DNA of 35,957 nt from Hyphochytrium catenoides (taxonomy: Eukaryota; Protista; Hyphochytriomycota). Location: positions 1-35,957 of the forward strand of contig FLMG01001713.1 of assembly GCA_900088475.1 (NCBI GenBank), written 5' to 3'. Under the pieces are notes generated by a model. The model saw nothing but the letters and a program-made list of their open reading frames with translations. It was not told the DNA's origin and did not search any database. Both the position numbers and the translations under genes were made by a program. Of the stretch, positions 1 through 12,294 are shown in pieces; the stretch's first letter is position 1, and the number at the start of each line of letters is the position of its first letter.

Positions 1-1323
1 CTGGGCGAGGTGTGAAGGCTATCCGTGGACAACACCTACGTTGCCTTGGCTAGGACGGGTACACATTGGAGGAATGGAGGGACCTATTTCTGCTTGTCGG
101 AGCTTGACAGCTCCAGACTCATTGTTACATGTCAGACAACATGGATCATTCTAAAATAGATACCTTGTCCTATTATATTACCCTCATTCACCAGTTCAGA
201 GCCCCACGGACCCAAGCTGCTTAAGCCTCTGTGACACTTGGCGCCAGTGTTGGGCAGCCAGACTCCTTCAACTACCTTTAACTAAGGTAAAGAGTAGATT
301 AACGGTGATTGTCCGTAGGTCCCTCACGGTGCGCCCACAAGGTCGGTATTTTGAGTTCAAGGGTGCGGGTGGAAGGCTCCAAGGTCATCACATCATATGT
401 GTTTGAAGATCGTGAAGTTTAAAGCAGAGTGGTCTCTAGGCGCCAAGGCAAATAAGGTCCTGTCACGGTCAGGTCCATCCTGGCTACGTAAGGACCATGT
501 CTCTTCATGCGAGATACAGCTCTGGTCGTGGTCTAGGGAAAGAGTTTGTGGCCAATGTTCTGCTAGATCAGTAAGGTTGCCTGATGAGGTGCGCTCAACC
601 TGCTCAGTGGAAATAGGAGGCCGGAAGTACTCGGAGCATGGCTTGACGACATGGAGAAGCTGACCGACCGCATAGAAAATGATGGGCCGCCTGACATGAC
701 CAGATCGTCCTCGACTGGACTGGAAGATTGCCGATGGAAATCAAAGAACTTGATGGGATGGTCGGAGCGGGATGGGCTAACTATATCATTCATGTTCAGA
801 AGCTCTGCCAAAATTCATTATGGAAAGCTTCAAGTCAGACTCGCAGAGAAGGAAGAAGGAAGTTTGCATCAAGCAAATGAGCGAACGGAGAGGATGCTCT
901 GTCTCGGGTACCGAGCGAAAGAGAGGAAGTGCCTTTGGGAGACAAAGGTAATGAATGAATGGGCAGGACACGGTTCTGTCGTTACAGAGCCACGAGTAGC
1001 ATGAATCCTGGCCCTCCGGCCGGCGTCGAGACCAACCTTCTTTCCTCTCTTTGACAGCAAAAGAAGGTGTTCAGAACGTGGAGACAATCCTATCGTGTAA
1101 CTCTATCTAGCACTGAGGAACGCCTCCATCACGTCATTTTCCTTTAGAGTACTGAGGTCGTGCATATCTTGTCATTAGAATAAATAGATATGTAGAGGCA
1201 GAGGAAGCATCAAATTGGGCCATGGGGAGGTGAAAGAGAAAAGAGAGACCAGGAAAGCATCAGGACAGTAGACGATGGCATTCCAAAGAAAGAGAGAAGC
1301 AGATCCGGACAGCTGGAACGCCC

Positions 1324-1927
1324 TTAGAATGCCTTGACTTCGGTCAGAGGAGGGGCTACGTAATCTCCAGAAGGAGCCTTATGATAAAAGAAAGGCTGAG
1401 AGTAGACCATCGCCGCCTCTGGCGGAGGGTTCCTGACCAGCTCCAAGCGATATTGCTCTGCAAATAGACAAAGTCAGTCTGGACACCGAGCCACCGTCTG
1501 TCTAACCCTCTCCTCCCATTCTCCTGAGTCCGATTGTTCTCTTACCTGCTCGAAGAATGGCTGTGTAGGTGATGTAGAGCTCTAGACCAAAGCAGATAGA
1601 GCCGAAGAGAGCCATTGTCCAATCCCAGCCGCTAACAATCTCAAGCTCCGAGACAAAAATGATCAAGATAACAGCGGAGATGACTTGCAGGATCAGGATG
1701 AAGAAGTTCCCGAAGTAATAGAACCGAATAAAGTTTACTTTCGCCTCCACCACGGGGACTGACGCGCCATAGAGCCCTGCGAAGGCCACAAGCAGACCCA
1801 GAGTAGGCGCCCACCAGACCGTGTAAGTGAAGATGAAAGAGAAGAGATAGACTGCGATCTGCACCAGCGCGATGTTGGTGCAAGGCTCACGGTTCTCATA
1901 GAGAAAGTGTACACCGCTTGCCTCCAT
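1324..1927 (-). CDS. Uncharacterised small multi-pass (about 4 TM) membrane protein, paralog A, 171 aa; exons 1927-1546 and 1457-1324
   Basis: Hydrophobic ORF MEASGVHFLYENRE...FIFTYTVWW...YYFGNF...AILRA. An 88-nt intron (GTAAGA...CTGAC...TGCAG) joins it in frame to EQYRLELVRNPPPEAAMVY...EVKAF*. It aligns end to end with paralogs B and C. Confidence 0.88.
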
Positions 1928-2229
1928 GGATCCTTAAAGCGCTGTTGAAAGCTGCGAGGCAATCCCCAAGCACTTCGTCTTCACCGAGACAGCCAAGCCA
2001 ACCTGCTGATGTTTCTGGGGAGAAGGATATTAAAGCTCCTGATGATACCACTGATGAAGATCTTGGGAAGCTTTGAGAGAAGAGGATGGAGCCAGAACGG
2101 GGAGGGAAGAGAGTTACAGTATTATGAGTACGACTAGCGGAAAGACGAGAGGAAGCGCGGTTAGGACTTCCAGGACAGCAAAAGAGAGAACAAGCCCAGA
2201 GACAGCCAGAAAGATAGCTTGCCCATTCG

Positions 2230-2493
2230 ACACTCTCTATCGCTAAAAGAGAGAGGGGAGCAGAAGAAAGAGAAAGAAGGTGGAAGAGGGAGAGAGAGAG
2301 AGAGCAAGCTGATGAGAGAGCAGCCTAGCAAGACCTTCCAGTTTGAAGGCTCGTACTGACAGAAGAGAGAAACGGAAGGAAGAGAAAAGAGGTCAAGATG
2401 GAAGAGACACAGAAGGGGAGACACATGATGGGAGAGAGAAAGAGGGCGAGGGAGAGAGCGAACCGAGACAGAGAGAGAAAAAGAGAGAGAGAA

Positions 2494-2540
<47 letters not shown>
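2230..2540. repeat. (GA)n / polypurine microsatellite tract
   Basis: Directly visible GAGAGA/GAAA runs upstream of paralog A. Confidence 0.9.
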
Positions 2541-3177
2541 AGACAAGAATTCCTGTTCGAAGCGTCAAAGGTTCGAGGTTCGTTTATGGTGGGGCGAACC
2601 CCTTTTAGACTTTATGCTGAACTCCTAGAATGGCAAGATCCCGGCGGAAATGACCCAGGATCTCCTGAACAGGAAGGTTGCAGCCCAATTCTAAGACGAT
2701 TCTCGGCAGACTAGGTCCTCATAAGGCCCGCTGAAGAAGGCGAGACCCCTAGAAGAAGTTCTTGTACCAAAATTCACAGAATACCCATCCACCCCACAAA
2801 CCCTCTTCCTATTTCTTACACAGGTATCTATTATAATACTAATATACTGTGTTAACACAAGTAGCTTAGGTAATCGAAGGAGTAGTGTGTTTGATTCTTT
2901 GCTTCCCACACATGTCGTTGAAGTCACGAAAGGTTGTGTCGCTTGGGAGGAAGTTCTACCTTTTGTTCTGGTGCTACCCAAACGTTAACCGATTATATGT
3001 CTAAAAGAAGGTAATTGGTTTCCTATGGAGTCGATAATATTCCGGTCTAATGTGTATCTCTCTGTAAGCTTGGAGATGATGGAGCTCGAGCGCCGTCCGC
3101 CACCGCTGCCGCAGGGGAGAAAGGGAAGACAAGGAATGACTCAGCTTGAGACAGTGACAGACGGAGAAGTGAGCCCA

Positions 3178-3250
3178 AGAGAGTGAGAGAGTGAGAGAGA
3201 GAGAGAGAGAGAAGAAGAAGAAGAAGAGAGGGAGAGAGGACGAGAGACTG
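3178..3250. repeat. (GA)n-(GAA)n microsatellite
   Basis: Directly visible upstream of paralog B. Confidence 0.85.
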
Positions 3251-3426
3251 TCTGCTGTTCTCAAGAGGTGGGTTGACTATCCACTCAAGAGAGAGCAAAA
3301 ACTTTATAAAAATAAAGACCTTTGGGCCTGCTGCATCTCAACTTCACTTTCAAACTCCGCGCAGACGCCAAGCAAGTCGAACGATCCGATAAACTTCTTA
3401 GTTCCTCCGGCCACGTCGTAAAAGTC

Positions 3427-4292
3427 ATGATGGAATCGGGAGTAGCTCATCTCTATGAGCACCGGGGGGGCACGTACACTGTTGCTGCTATTCAGCTCGG
3501 TGTCTTCGTCCTCTCCTTCATCTTTACCTATGTCATTTGGTGGCAAGGCATCTTAGGTATGTTAACGCATGCGCGGTCTTCGAAGCAGTCAGTTTGTCTT
3601 CTCCCTACCCTCTCTATCGTCTTTCCAGTTTTTCTCTTCTGGCGAGTAACAAGCTAACCCCTATTCGTTACCTGCTCAGGTATCTTTGTCGCTTCCTGCG
3701 GTCTGTATGCAGCTTCAGAGCCTGTGGTGCGCCAGAAGCAGACCTTTGCTTCTCTCTACTACTACTGCAGCATCCTGTTGCTGCTGGTTTGCGTGCTTGA
3801 TGCCGCGCTCTTCCTCTGGATCATGCTGAGCGTAGCCGTTGTCGGTAATGATAATGTCCAGGGAATGTATTCATACTCTCCGGCTTGGTGGTGGGTCACC
3901 CTGGTACTTGGCTCGGCACTGCTTCTCTTCCACATCGCACTAACTAGCACCGGCATTTCCAGAGCAGGTGAGAAACTGCCGTTACCTCTGTCTACCCTAC
4001 CTCCCCGTTTCCAATATGGATTTGAACTTCTCCTTCCTACTTTTTATTATAAGCCTATCGCTCGCCCATGTCCATGCCTGAAGGGCAGTCTCTTGGTATT
4101 TGTCTAGTTCTTCCGTTGGCGGCAGAGCTCACTTTGTTTGTTTTATATGCCTCATCTCACACCATCCTTCTCTTTGTCCCTTTCTTAGCTTCTTACCGCT
4201 CGGAGATGCTCCGAAACCCCCCTCCCGAGGTGCTAGTCGTCTACCAGGCGGTGCCTCCAGTACAGCAGAGAATGGAGGTCAAGGCAATGTAA
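3427..4292 (+). CDS. Uncharacterised small multi-pass membrane protein, paralog B, 173 aa; exons 3427-3556, 3680-3967, 4189-4292
   Basis: MMESGVAHLYEHRG...FIFTYVIWWQGIL|GIFVASCGLYAASEPV...YYYCS...GISRA|ASYRSEMLRNPPPEV...EVKAM*. Two GT-AG introns (the first with a CTAAC branch site) restore one frame that is colinear with paralog A. Confidence 0.88.
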
Positions 4293-4705
4293 AATATGCG
4301 GCACTGCTAGCAACAAAATGAATGTAGCAGTATTGTTTCCCTATGAATCCTCTAAATACACTCTTTGGATTAACGGCAATCGGAAGAGGGACGTTGTGAG
4401 ATCATAGATAGGGACTGACTAAGTGTGTCGGGAGACGTGAAGACCACAGCAGCTACTTCTGAAGTTTCCTTTCATAGGACTTAGGAACAGGAACAGTAAT
4501 ACCAGCAGCAGGGCTAGCGAGGAGGTTAGCGGTAGGAAGGAGGATGCTTGCTAGTGCTTAATGACAAGGTGGAACCTAAAAGATAAACGGTGACCTGCCA
4601 CCTAATAAGAGAGGAAAATAGTGCATGGTTGAGAATGACCACAATGTGGAGCAACCTCTTCATTGTTTTCAGTAGGTCAAATCAAATCTTGCAGAGTTGC
4701 TGCGG

Positions 4706-5612
4706 TTAGGCACCCGAGAGGGGATTCGACAGCGACATATCTGTTTCTGTTCTCTTGGAAAGCAGCGTTTCCTTGATTAAGGGTTCCTCAATCATTAGCT
4801 TGTCAGGTGGAGGGCTCCTCATCATCTCGGCTCGAAAGTCGCCTGACTTGTGCAGGGCTTGGATCTGTCCACAAAGGATGGTTAGAGAGCCCAGGGTAGG
4901 GGGTGACGGCGGAGGGTTAGGTAGGCGCTAGCCTAGTTAGAGACAAGTTACGGAATAGCAAAGGCATGGAGAGTGTCAGAGTAACCTTGAGAGGGCATGT
5001 CAACAGAGCAGCTGTATCCATCAAGGTGCACCGCGAAGAGTTAATAAGGGCTTTGAGAGGAGCAACAGAAGGGGAAAGTCATATCTAGTCTTACTGTCAG
5101 CCATATCTCCGCGATGATGAAGGCAGTTCCAAAGACAATGCAAGTCCAAGTCCAACTCCTCTCCCAAGCTTGTTTGACCACTTCCAGATGTTTGAAGCGG
5201 TCAATTATTTGGAGCATCAGGCCAAATGCTCCCAACATGGCAACGATGAAGTTCCCATAGAAATACTTGATAGGAAACGGCAGAGTTACGGCAGAGTTAA
5301 GGGTCACAGTTGAGAGCTGGTCGAGGATGACAAAGTGAACGAAGAGATCTAACAAGAAATTCATGGGTGAAAGGATACGAATACTACGAAAGGCACTTTG
5401 GCGCTAGTGACGGGCAGAGATGATCCATGGTAGCCTAACGCTGCGACCGCCAGACCTACAGCAGCAGACCACCAGACTGGATAGGTGAATATGAAGCCGA
5501 TCCCAAAGAGAAGGAGCTGGAGAACTGCAATGTTATGAGCGTCCGCCCGGTGCTCATAGTGATCATAGATGGTGTCATAGCGGGGCACTGGAGCACTCCT
5601 AGATGGGATCAT
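4706..5612 (-). CDS. Uncharacterised small multi-pass membrane protein, paralog C, 187 aa; exons 5612-5379, 5265-5095, 4864-4706
   Basis: MIPSR...HYEHRADAHNIAVLQ...FIFTYPVWW...GYHGSSLPVTSAKVPFVVF|YFYGNF...EIWLT|IQALHKSGDFRAEMMRSPPPD...LSGA*. It has two phase-0 GT-AG introns and shares the family motifs. Confidence 0.85.
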
Positions 5613-6397
5613 CGTTCGCTAGCCTGGGCGCTCCGGATAACACTTTGAGATCCCGACCCTATTAGGACCGCGTATAGTTTCTGCCCTCGAGTAGGCAGAA
5701 GCCTTGCACCTTGTCTATGCAGAGAACCAGCTAGAAACTCCTCTTATTGGGCAAACTGTACCACGTTTCAACTGTGCACTTCCGACAGAGATCCCGGCTC
5801 GCAAGACAACCTCTATTTGTGGGAATATACACCGCCAGCTCTGTGTCAGACCTTTGGGATGAGCGACGACACTGTACCAACGAGCCGCCTTAGTTAGTAG
5901 TCTAGTATAGTGAAGCCGAGAACTGATGGCGTCGTTTCTCTTGCTGTCTTCTTACTTTGCTTACACTGTCCCACTCGCTTATTATCCTCATTGACCTTCA
6001 GCAATGAAGGTGAAGATTAAGCTCGCGCGTCAGTTCAGAGGCAGCCCCACAGCTGCCGCTGTTGGCGCCTTCCAGGGAACTTTTTCCTCTCGAACATCTT
6101 TTCGCTGCGCGCGGCCGTTACCCGCTCTAAGTCTGGTTATCAGACCTAACACAAATACAGTTACTACTGTCGAGGCCAACCGCCAAAAGGAGTGTCAATG
6201 TAGACAGCCAAAGGCCATTACACAATCATAACGTTTACAAGAAGGGTCACGGGCGGGGCGGATTACGTCTGAGATTGTCTACGACATGAATCTATCTATA
6301 AGGCAATAATCGGCCTATGATCGGATTAAGGTAAAGCGGCGTTTGGAACACTGACAACCCCTCAGTCATACAGACGCATCCCGTCCAAAGTAGGCGA

Positions 6398-6629
6398 ACT
6401 CTCTCGCTCTCTCTTCCTGTCTCTCTCACATCCTCTCTCTCATTTTCTTACTCTCTCTCTCTCCCTCTTTCTCTTCCTCTCTCTTTCTTTTTCTCTCTCT
6501 TTCTCTCTCTTTCTCTCTCTTTCTCTCTTTCTTTCTCTCTCTCCCTCTCTCTTTCTCTCTTTTTCTCTCTCTCTCCCTCTCCCTCTCTTTCTCTCTTTCT
6601 TTCTCTCTCTCCCTCTCTCTTTCTCTCTT

Positions 6630-6660
<31 letters not shown>

Positions 6661-6780
6661 TCTCTTTTCCTCTCTCTTCTCTTCTCTCATTTCTTGTCGC
6701 TCTCTCTTTCTCACTCTCTTGGTCTCATAGTTTACTTCCCTCTCTGTCTCTCATCTCTCTCCGTCTTCCCTTTTCTTTCT
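6398..6780. repeat. Long (CT)n / polypyrimidine tract upstream of the GPAT gene
   Basis: About 300+ nt of almost pure C/T. Confidence 0.92.
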
Positions 6781-7318
6781 CCCTACAGTACAGCTTTCCT
6801 TTCTTGCCCTAAAGTTATCCCCCTCTTCTGTCGTTTCTTATTCCCGTCCAGGATGCCTCTCTCTCCTCCACACCTCTTTGCCTGGAATCCTTTCGTTCTG
6901 ATTGTCCAAGGCTCTCAAGGGTTCTTCTTCTCTCTCTTCTCCTGACTGCTCGGACGTTTCTCTTGGCTGCCATCTGGCGCAGGATACGTCATCAGCAACA
7001 GTCTGCCTTCTTCGCCTTGCCTCATCCTGTAGAAGGGGAAAGCGAGGAGAGAGAGAGAGAGAGAGAGAGAGAGGCATTTGATCATCTTCGTTCTTTCTTA
7101 AATAATTCATATGCCTTGTCCCCCGCCACATTGGCGCCGCCAAGAAATCTAAAGCTCTCTCTCCTCTTCTCGGCAGCCGCGCCGTAAGAGAAACAACAGA
7201 CTGAACTTGGAGTGTGAAGCATCTGTTCCTAACGCCAAGAGAGAGAAGGGAGAGAGAAGAAGAGAGAGAAGAAGAGAAAGAAGAAGGAGCTTAAAGGAAA
7301 GAGGGCGAGAAGAGGATC

Positions 7319-10300
7319 ATGATACTCCGTCCCTCCGACAAGTTTGTCTGGATCGACCCAGATGTTGACCGATATCTCACCCTCACCGGGCTCTATGGGC
7401 TCTTTCTCGTCTTCCATGAGGTCATTGGCCTGCCTCTCTCTCTCTCCGTAATCTTCGTCTGCGCCTTGTTCCTAAGTTATTGGTTCAGTGACCTCAGCGC
7501 CGCGGTGAAGGGCATTCTGCAGCTTTGGATTAGCATCTTCTTCAGGTTAGCCTCCGTCACATCTGCTTCATCTCTTTTCTCTCTCTCTCTCTCTCTCTCT
7601 CCCCTTGTCTCTCTCTCTTTGTTCTCTCTCTCTTTGTTCTCTCTTTCCTCTCTCTCTCTCNNNNNNNNNNNNNNNNNNNNNNNNNNNNNNNNNNNNNNNN
7701 NNNNNNNNNNNNNNNNNNNNNNNNNNNNNNNNNNNNNNNCCCCTCTCACTCTCTCTCTCTCTCTCTCTCTTTGTTCTTTCTCTCTCTGTCTCTCTCCCTT
7801 TCTCTCTCTGTCTCTCTCTCTCTCTCTGTCTCTCTTTCTTCTCTCCTCTGGGTGTGTCAGCCTATACGCTCACCTTCTGTTGTGTTGTGACTCTCTCTCT
7901 GGTGCTGCGTGTTCGCTTGCTCACATCAGCTATCCCTTCGTCTTCTCCTCTTTCTCTCTCTCTCACCTCTTACTTTCTCTCTTGCTTTCTCTCCCTCATA
8001 CTAAAACTCTCTTTTTCGCTCTCCGTCTCTTTCTCTCTCTCTCTCTCTCTCTCTTCGGGTCCTGGCCTCTCCTCTCAGAGAGATCGGCCAGCGCGGCCTT
8101 CACCACGTGCCTAAACGAGGCGCCGTCGTCTTTGTCTGCGCGCCTCACGCCAACCAGTTCCTGGATCCTCTGGTCGTGATGAAAACCTGTGGGAGAGATG
8201 ATCTGGGCTTCCTCATCGCGGCGAAGAGCTATAGAAAGAAGGTTATTGGAGACTTTGCCAAAGCTGTGGGCTCCATTCCTGTCGAGAGACCTCAGGTCCG
8301 CTCTCTTTCTTTAACGTATCAATCTTCCGGGGCTACACTCTTTCTGCTTCTTGCGCATTCCTAGTTATCCTGTTGTACGGGCTCTCTCTTTCATTCACCT
8401 CTCTCTTTCATTCACCTCTCTCTCTCCTCTTCTCACTCTCTCTCTCTCTNNNNNNNNNNNNNNNNNNNNNNNNNNNNNNNNNNNNNNNNNNCCTCTCTCT
8501 CTCTCTCTCTGTCTGTCTCTGTCTGTCTGTCTCTCTCTCTCTCTCTCCCTCTCTTCCCAGTTCCCGTCGTTCCTTTTCACCTCTTTCTCCCTCCTTATCT
8601 TCCCATTGCAGCGATCTCTCTCCCTTCCTGTCATCCTACAGCCTCTTACTTGACCCTTGCCAGTATGTGCTTCTCTACCTGATTCCTAGCTGGGAACACT
8701 TCTCTTCTTACTCAGTCATCTTGCCAACCACAAAGGGCAAACTTCTCTTTCTTATGTAGCTACTTGCTGCCACTTCTGGCTTTGATTATTCACTCCGTCG
8801 CTCTCTCTACTCTCTCTTGAGCTTTACTGCCGCCATCACTTCCTCCTTCTAGAGCAGGAGAATGGCTTGCTCATGTGTTGCACGCAGGATCTCGCCAAAG
8901 CTGGTCCGGGCATGGTAACGTATCAGGCAGGAAGCAAAGTATTGAAGGGAATGGGCACAGCATTTCAGACCTTACCGCCAGGTAAAGCTTAGCGATACCA
9001 AGCGGACCAAGGACACGCTCTCTGAAAGGGATAAAGGGCAATGCTGGGACTGGGCACAGCGAGTAGAAGTGAGACGATATTTTGACGAAACAGAGAAGTA
9101 GTAAGCGACGGAGCGACTGTTCGCTTAGTGAAAGATGCTATCGAGGATAGCTGCAGAGGGAAACCAAAGATTGGGCTCAACTCTTTGCTTCGCTGCCTTG
9201 TTCTGGACACCCCATCGTACAGGCGCATCGCTCTTGGTAGACAGTGAGATGGTTGCCGTGGGCCGCGTCATCAGTGAGGTGGAGGTGGAGCTGAAGAAGC
9301 CGCTAGACTCTGGATCAATTGACACGCCAAAGCCCTATAAGATCGTTCCCAAGGTGGACCAGCAAGGTGAGGAGAAACAGAGGACTCGCCAAAAGCCTAG
9401 AAGAGGTTTCGGTTTAAGCAGACATAGCTAAGAGAGGTCCGGAGAGCAGAGCTCTCTTCCCTGAGGTTCTTAGTGCCTATCAGATCGGAACTCTGCTGCC
9501 AATCCTGGTTTTGAGCATTCCCTTACGTCGACGCTGTTTCTCTCTCTCATTCCTTCGCATTTCGCGTCCACGCGGTTGATCTCTCTCTCTCTCTTTCTCT
9601 CTCCTTGTTCTCTCTCTCTGTCGAACAGAGATGTTTGAGCACGTATTCCAGCACTTGAAGGAAGGAAAGGCTTTTGGCATCTTTCCTGAGGGCGGCTCGC
9701 ACGACCGCCCGGACCTTCTGCCTCTTAAGGCAGGCGTGGCGATCATGACTCTCGGCGCCATGGCAAGAACGCCTGGCTTGGATGTCACCATCATACCAGT
9801 AGGGCTCAACTACTTCTCAGGTAAAAAAGCTATAGGCCACACCTCTCTTAACAGCCTGGGAAAGAGACAAGGCTCCAAATTAAGAACATTAAGAGCTAGC
9901 AAGCAAGCAGGAGTTCCTCTAGGACGGCCAGACAAGAATATTAGCCCATCCGTTAGTTGAGAGCTAGTCTGACCACGGCTATTGCAGGGGACAAGTTCCG
10001 GAGTCGTGTCTACGCTGATTATGGCAGGCCAATTTATGTGAAGGAAGAAGCATTGAGTCGCTTTATGGAAGGTAACTCGTGCCAGAAGAGTTTATCTACT
10101 CCTTGTGTTTGCTCACAGTGTCAGCTTTTTGAGGCTGCAAATGTCTGGATTGCTGATTTTCTTACTGTTGATCCCTCTGACCATTCTTTGTCTCTTGGAG
10201 GCCCTCATGCCCTTGATTTCATGTTTAATGGCACCACCTGACCCTGAGTCTTGCCCCTGTAACTCTCTTGATGGACACCAGGAGGGGACGCCAAGCGGAA

Positions 10301-12294
10301 AGCTTGTGATGAGCTGATGGTGGAGATCGAAGACGGACTGCGGGCTGTCACGGTATAAGAACGCCTGGACAGTCTTAGTAGAAGAAAGAGAATGCTTCTC
10401 TTACCGCTGTGTCTCCTCTCCTTCTGGACTCTCCTCTCTCGTGCTCTACGACTCTACATACTTGCTTCTGCTTTCACTGGTTCTTTCACTTGTCTTTCTG
10501 TCATTCCCTCTATGGATAAGCTCTCTCCCGTGTTGTCATTCATCGGTGAACTTCTATATCATGACCTTTCCCGCCTCTGTCATTGTTTAGCTGACGGCCG
10601 AGGACGTCGAGACGCTTCATGTCATTTGGGCAGTCCGTAGACTCTATCTCCCTTTACACCAAAGAGCGGATACAGCTCTCGTCTACCGCCTGACACAGCG
10701 GTTCCTGGAAGTATGCTGCTCTCTTTACTAAAGCAACCTTTTCGCATTCTGGCTCTTCACTACTGACCTTGTTTCTTTCTCTTTTTCTGTTTGGCTCTTC
10801 TTACCAATGAGAAATATCTAGGCGACAGCTGTGTCTTTCCGCGTTATAGTTCTCTGATTCTCCTGTTCAAGCTTAGTTGGCTCTCTGAAGCCCTTGGCGT
10901 ACTAACCGTCTATTGTTAGGCGTACAAGCGCCGCAAGGACCATCCTCTTGTCAAGGAACTAAGAGCGGAAGTGCTTCGATACAATGAACTTCTCGAAGAG
11001 TATGGCGTCAGAGACCATCAGGTAGTTCCCTCTTCCCAGCAAGAAGCAGAGGAGGAGTAAAGAGAGAGCAGAACACTTTCTCTCGGCTTAGAAGATGTGT
11101 TTACATAGGACTACTTCTGTTTATTCCGACCATCACTATCTGCTAGCTCTGTCCTAACCTTTCTCTGGCGCAGGTTGCACATCTACCGGAAAAGAGCCAT
11201 AGGGCGGGGCGTCTCCTAGTCCGCAGATACATTTTCCTGATGGCTCTGGCAGCAGTGGCCGTGCCTGGTGCCTTCGTTCTCTTCCCTGTCGCTGTGGCTG
11301 CGATGCTGATCAGTGAGCACAAACGCAAGGAGGCTCTCGCGGGCTCTGTCGTCAAGATTGCAGCCAAGGTGAGAGTAAAGAGAGAGAGAGAGGAAGCCAG
11401 AGAGAGAAAAAGCCAGAGAAAGACGAAAACTAGATAACTGAAATGCACTTGGAGAAAGGGTGGCCATGGGCCGTCGAAGTAAATTCTCTCTCTCTTCTTT
11501 CTTTCTCTCTCTGTTCTTTCTTTCTCTCTCTCTCTCTCTTATCGGCATTCGGCGGAAGTGGTGTTGCCTGGACTTCAAAGACGGCACTGGCTCATCCCCA
11601 ATAGACTCAACCTCTCTGATCACCTCGTTCCCATGTTTACTGTCCCTAAACTGCAGGATGTGGTTGGCACCTGGAAGCTGCTTGTGTCTCTCTTCTTGGC
11701 ACCTCTTGTTGTCTTCTTCTACGCTTTGGTTATCGGGGTCTACTTGCACTCATTGGACTATGCGCTCTTCTTCCTACTTGTCATGGGTCCGTGCTTGCAC
11801 GCAACGTTGGTGGCTTATGAGACGATTCCAAGCCTGATGCGATCAGTCTCAGCACTGAGACGGGTAGTTCAGCTTAATAATGATGGCGAGGATCTTAGAG
11901 AGATCCGAGAGCACCTTAAGAAGAGCATCAGGAAGATCGTAGATGATGATATGCTTGGTGTACGACAGGAGGTAAGAGAGGGAGACGATGAAAGAAAAGA
12001 GGGCTACGAACATTCTTTAAGCGCTGATTTAAGCCTGAATGCTCCGGGACATTCATGTCCTTGCAATGTCACCTTCTTTGATGCTAAGCTTTCCCTCTCC
12101 CTCAGCCCTATTGCCCGTGAAAAGTGTCCTTCTTTTCCTTCTGCCATCATCAGAGGAATCTACTCTACGCTGGTGACATGTTTATCAGCTAACCATCGCA
12201 CATTTTATTCTAGGTCTACCCGCAGTTTGATAAAGAGAAGGAGCTGGCACTGCGTAGACAATATTCGTACACTCCATCCTCGGGTCCCAAGTGA
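7319..12294 (+). CDS. Glycerol-3-phosphate O-acyltransferase (fungal SCT1/GPT2-like GPAT/DHAPAT), about 613 aa; 12 exons: 7319-7545, 8079-8295, 8888-8981, 9223-9366, 9629-9820, 9988-10071, 10282-10352, 10591-10710, 10920-11021, 11174-11368, 11657-11971, 12214-12294
   Basis: The spliced product has the acyltransferase blocks IFFREI, PHANQFLDP (HxxxxD), IPVERPQD, GIFPEGGSHDR and IIPVGLNY. It also has the SCT1-type RRLY, RDHQV and EALAGSVVKIAAKDVVGTWK segments and C-terminal TM helices. All 11 introns are GT-AG and the exon lengths sum to 1842 nt (in frame). The start codon is the least certain part. Confidence 0.93.
7570..8055. repeat. (CT)n tracts in GPAT intron 1 (includes N gap 7661-7739)
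   Basis: Directly visible. Confidence 0.9.
8382..8555. repeat. (CT)n/(CTGT)n tracts in GPAT intron 2 (includes N gap 8450-8491)
   Basis: Directly visible. Confidence 0.9.

Noticed and set aside
2161-2714. ORFs rich in SL/RE dipeptides (also 6448-6714, 7477-8759, 14686-15126, 18713-19054)
   Set aside because: These are translations of (CT/GA)n microsatellites, which lack stop codons; most lie in introns or intergenic DNA.
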